A stretch of DNA of 63,123 nt, the filler included, from Collodictyon triciliatum (lineage: Eukaryota): the NCBI GenBank assembly GCA_043381765.1. It is 4 parts of 4 records of this genome, joined end to end, with 100 filler letters (N's around TTAATTAATTAA, not from the genome) between each part and the next. Parts side by side here need not be neighbours in the genome. Positions count along the whole stretch, not along the records: positions 52,736 to 63,123 come from JBHJMP010001621.1; 3 more parts are not named here. One strand, written 5' to 3'. Under the pieces are notes generated by a model that made no database searches, was not told the DNA's origin, and saw only the letters and a list, made by a program, of their open reading frames with translations. A program made the translations under genes and the position numbers. This document shows positions 61,196 to 63,123 of this stretch, one piece after another; positions within the stretch are counted from its first letter, which is position 1, and every line of letters begins with the position of its first letter.

Positions 61196-63123
61196 GTTAT
61201 TATTAGAATCAGAATTATTAGTATCTGTCTGAATTGCTGTCCATTTATCACAGGTCTTGTTGCTATTGTCCAGTTTGGATGGAGATTCAAAACACATGGT
61301 TAGCATATGCAACGATATGAAAAAAGGCGGTCTTTTCGTAGTCGGTCATATTGTAAGAGGAGACTTGCTCTCTGTTGCGGAGCGGATACCATCAATTCAG
61401 AATGATTGGCTCACCAAAATGGATCCGTACGTAAAATATATATTTAAAAGAAAATATGGATACAAATGCGAATAAAATTCGTATTGCTTATCGATTACGC
61501 TTGATATTGTTTTGACACAAATATATGGCCAGATGGAAAACAAAGTCATTCATGCAGCTTGCTGTTGCCCCATCTCTCAGCTTTGGTGTACAAAACATGG
61601 CTCTTATCACAGGCCTCGGGTCTATGCGGCCAAATACGGTATTGCACAATGTCAACAACCTTGCTTAATATAGAGAAACCCCATATGATTCTAATTCACT
61701 CATCGCCATCACATGGCAGCATCGAATATCACGCAAAATCTAAATGGCCTGAAATCATTTAATGCTTGTGTCATTTTTTTTTCCTTCATGGCTATATCTG
61801 ACAGCTTGCTTTTGGATTCTATGGGAGAAATGCGCGCTCAAATAGTGCAGATGTGACATCAGATACAGATTTTCAGGATTACGTAAACAGCCTCCGACAT
61901 GTCCATGCATTGAATAAAAACATCATCCTCTTGCGCGGGTTCTCCCAGTTCGATCGCAAACGCATCGAAATGCACATCCCTCCAAAATTCAAGCCTCGAT
62001 TTGATCTGAAGAAGCACGGCCCGCGTGCAGGCATGACAATTGATGTCTGGTTTCTTGAAACAGGCTCCAGTTATTTGTCAGAGGTACAGGTTTTCTTATT
62101 TCGAATTTTTACTGTATCACATATGACAAAATAGCCTCCATAATACGTGGATTATTGCCATGGATTATGAATTAGATGGCGAGCTATGAGACTTATAGCA
62201 TGATTTGTCCGCTTGCAAATGGATGGAAGAGGACACATGTTTGATTTACTGTTCCTCGAATGAATAGGCACAAGTCACAGTGGCCATTCAACTTGTCCAT
62301 ATCCTGCATTCAAGTGATTTTTGGGTTAATAACACTCGCGTACGAGTATTGTATCTGACGCAGCATGACCAGACCGAGAGGCATGATTACTATGAACGCC
62401 TTTTGGATATTACCAGGACTTTTGCAGATCTTGTAGCAGTCCCTATTTTTGAGCCCAGGAAGTTCTTGACTGCGTTTGTGCAAGCTGGCGTTAAGTGGGA
62501 TAGCCTTATATATTTCAATCCTTTATTTTCTAATGTATGAAAACATTTTGTAATTCTCATCATATTCAACCAGGGCCGCCTCCATCGAAAACTTGTCGGA
62601 AAGAGAATTGCAAGGACATTTCCTATCACTCCCTCTTGTTCAGAGGCATTCTGTAAGTCGTCATTACATACTACCAAAAGGCATGGCCCAGTTCTAGTTT
62701 ATTGTGAAAGAATAAATTGAATATTGAAATGATATCATTTTGATAAGGTATTTTCCCCTTCTTTCTTTTTTTTCTTTCTTATTGGCTTCACTTTTACTTT
62801 TGTATTAAAAGCGACGAAAAATAATGATTAGTCAGCGATGAATGTTCCACTCATTTACCTTTTTTTTTTTTTTGGTTCTTCTTCCTGATTTATTATTTTT
62901 TATTTTTTATTTTTTATTTTTTATTTTTTATTTTTTATTTTTTATTTTTTATTTTTTATTTTTTATTTTTTATTTTTTATTTTTTATTTTTTTGCTTCTG
63001 TCCCGCGTAGATTATGAATCATATTATCCAGCAACACACAGACCATACTGCCGTTGTCTATGTGGCACTCTCCATCGACCGTGATGTCTTTGCAAGTCGC
63101 ACGCACGGGAATCTTGAGAAGGA
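57652..63123 (+). CDS. Cation-chloride cotransporter, SLC12A9/VHC1-like; continues beyond the window
   Basis: KLGTFLGVFVPT, SLSAIVTNG...[103 protein letters not shown], and GLGSMRPNT. Confidence 0.92.
60760..61195. repeat. Intronic (TTAT)n, (TTTTTTTCTC)n and (TTA)n arrays; similar arrays at 57795-58100 and 62895-62992
   Basis: Seen directly. Confidence 0.9.

Overview
This is a 63 kb piece of an intron-rich, microsatellite-rich eukaryotic nuclear genome. It is probably from a flagellated protist, given the DZIP1-like, TSNAXIP1-like and SFI1-like genes and an acylated adenylate kinase; I cannot assign a taxon. About 15 multi-exon protein genes can be rebuilt by hand from splice signals and family motifs: DZIP1-like (partial), AP-2 alpha adaptin, HVA22/REEP, LRWD1/ORCA-like WD40, mitochondrial uL4, a double-domain AK/UMP-CMP kinase, a UCP-type mitochondrial carrier, TSNAXIP1-like, an SFI1-repeat protein, a type I PRMT (PRMT6-like), OTUD3-like, SCY1-like, an RhlG-like SDR, a bacterial-type dihydroorotase and an SLC12A9-like cation-chloride cotransporter. 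Three 100-bp N44-TTAATTAATTAA-N44 assembly spacers truncate genes. The strongest signal the genes do not explain is two families of very short (about 30-70 bp) A-tailed insertions, four copies of which keep 12-17 bp target-site duplications; one family's 16-mer CTTTGAATCGAATAAA occurs six times. Other notable points are an apparent gene-conversion tract (including introns) between the two kinase domains, several GC-AG introns, a probably bacteria-derived dihydroorotase carrying eight introns, and GC-rich gene ends. Family calls come from recalled motifs, not database searches, and exon boundaries were inferred manually.
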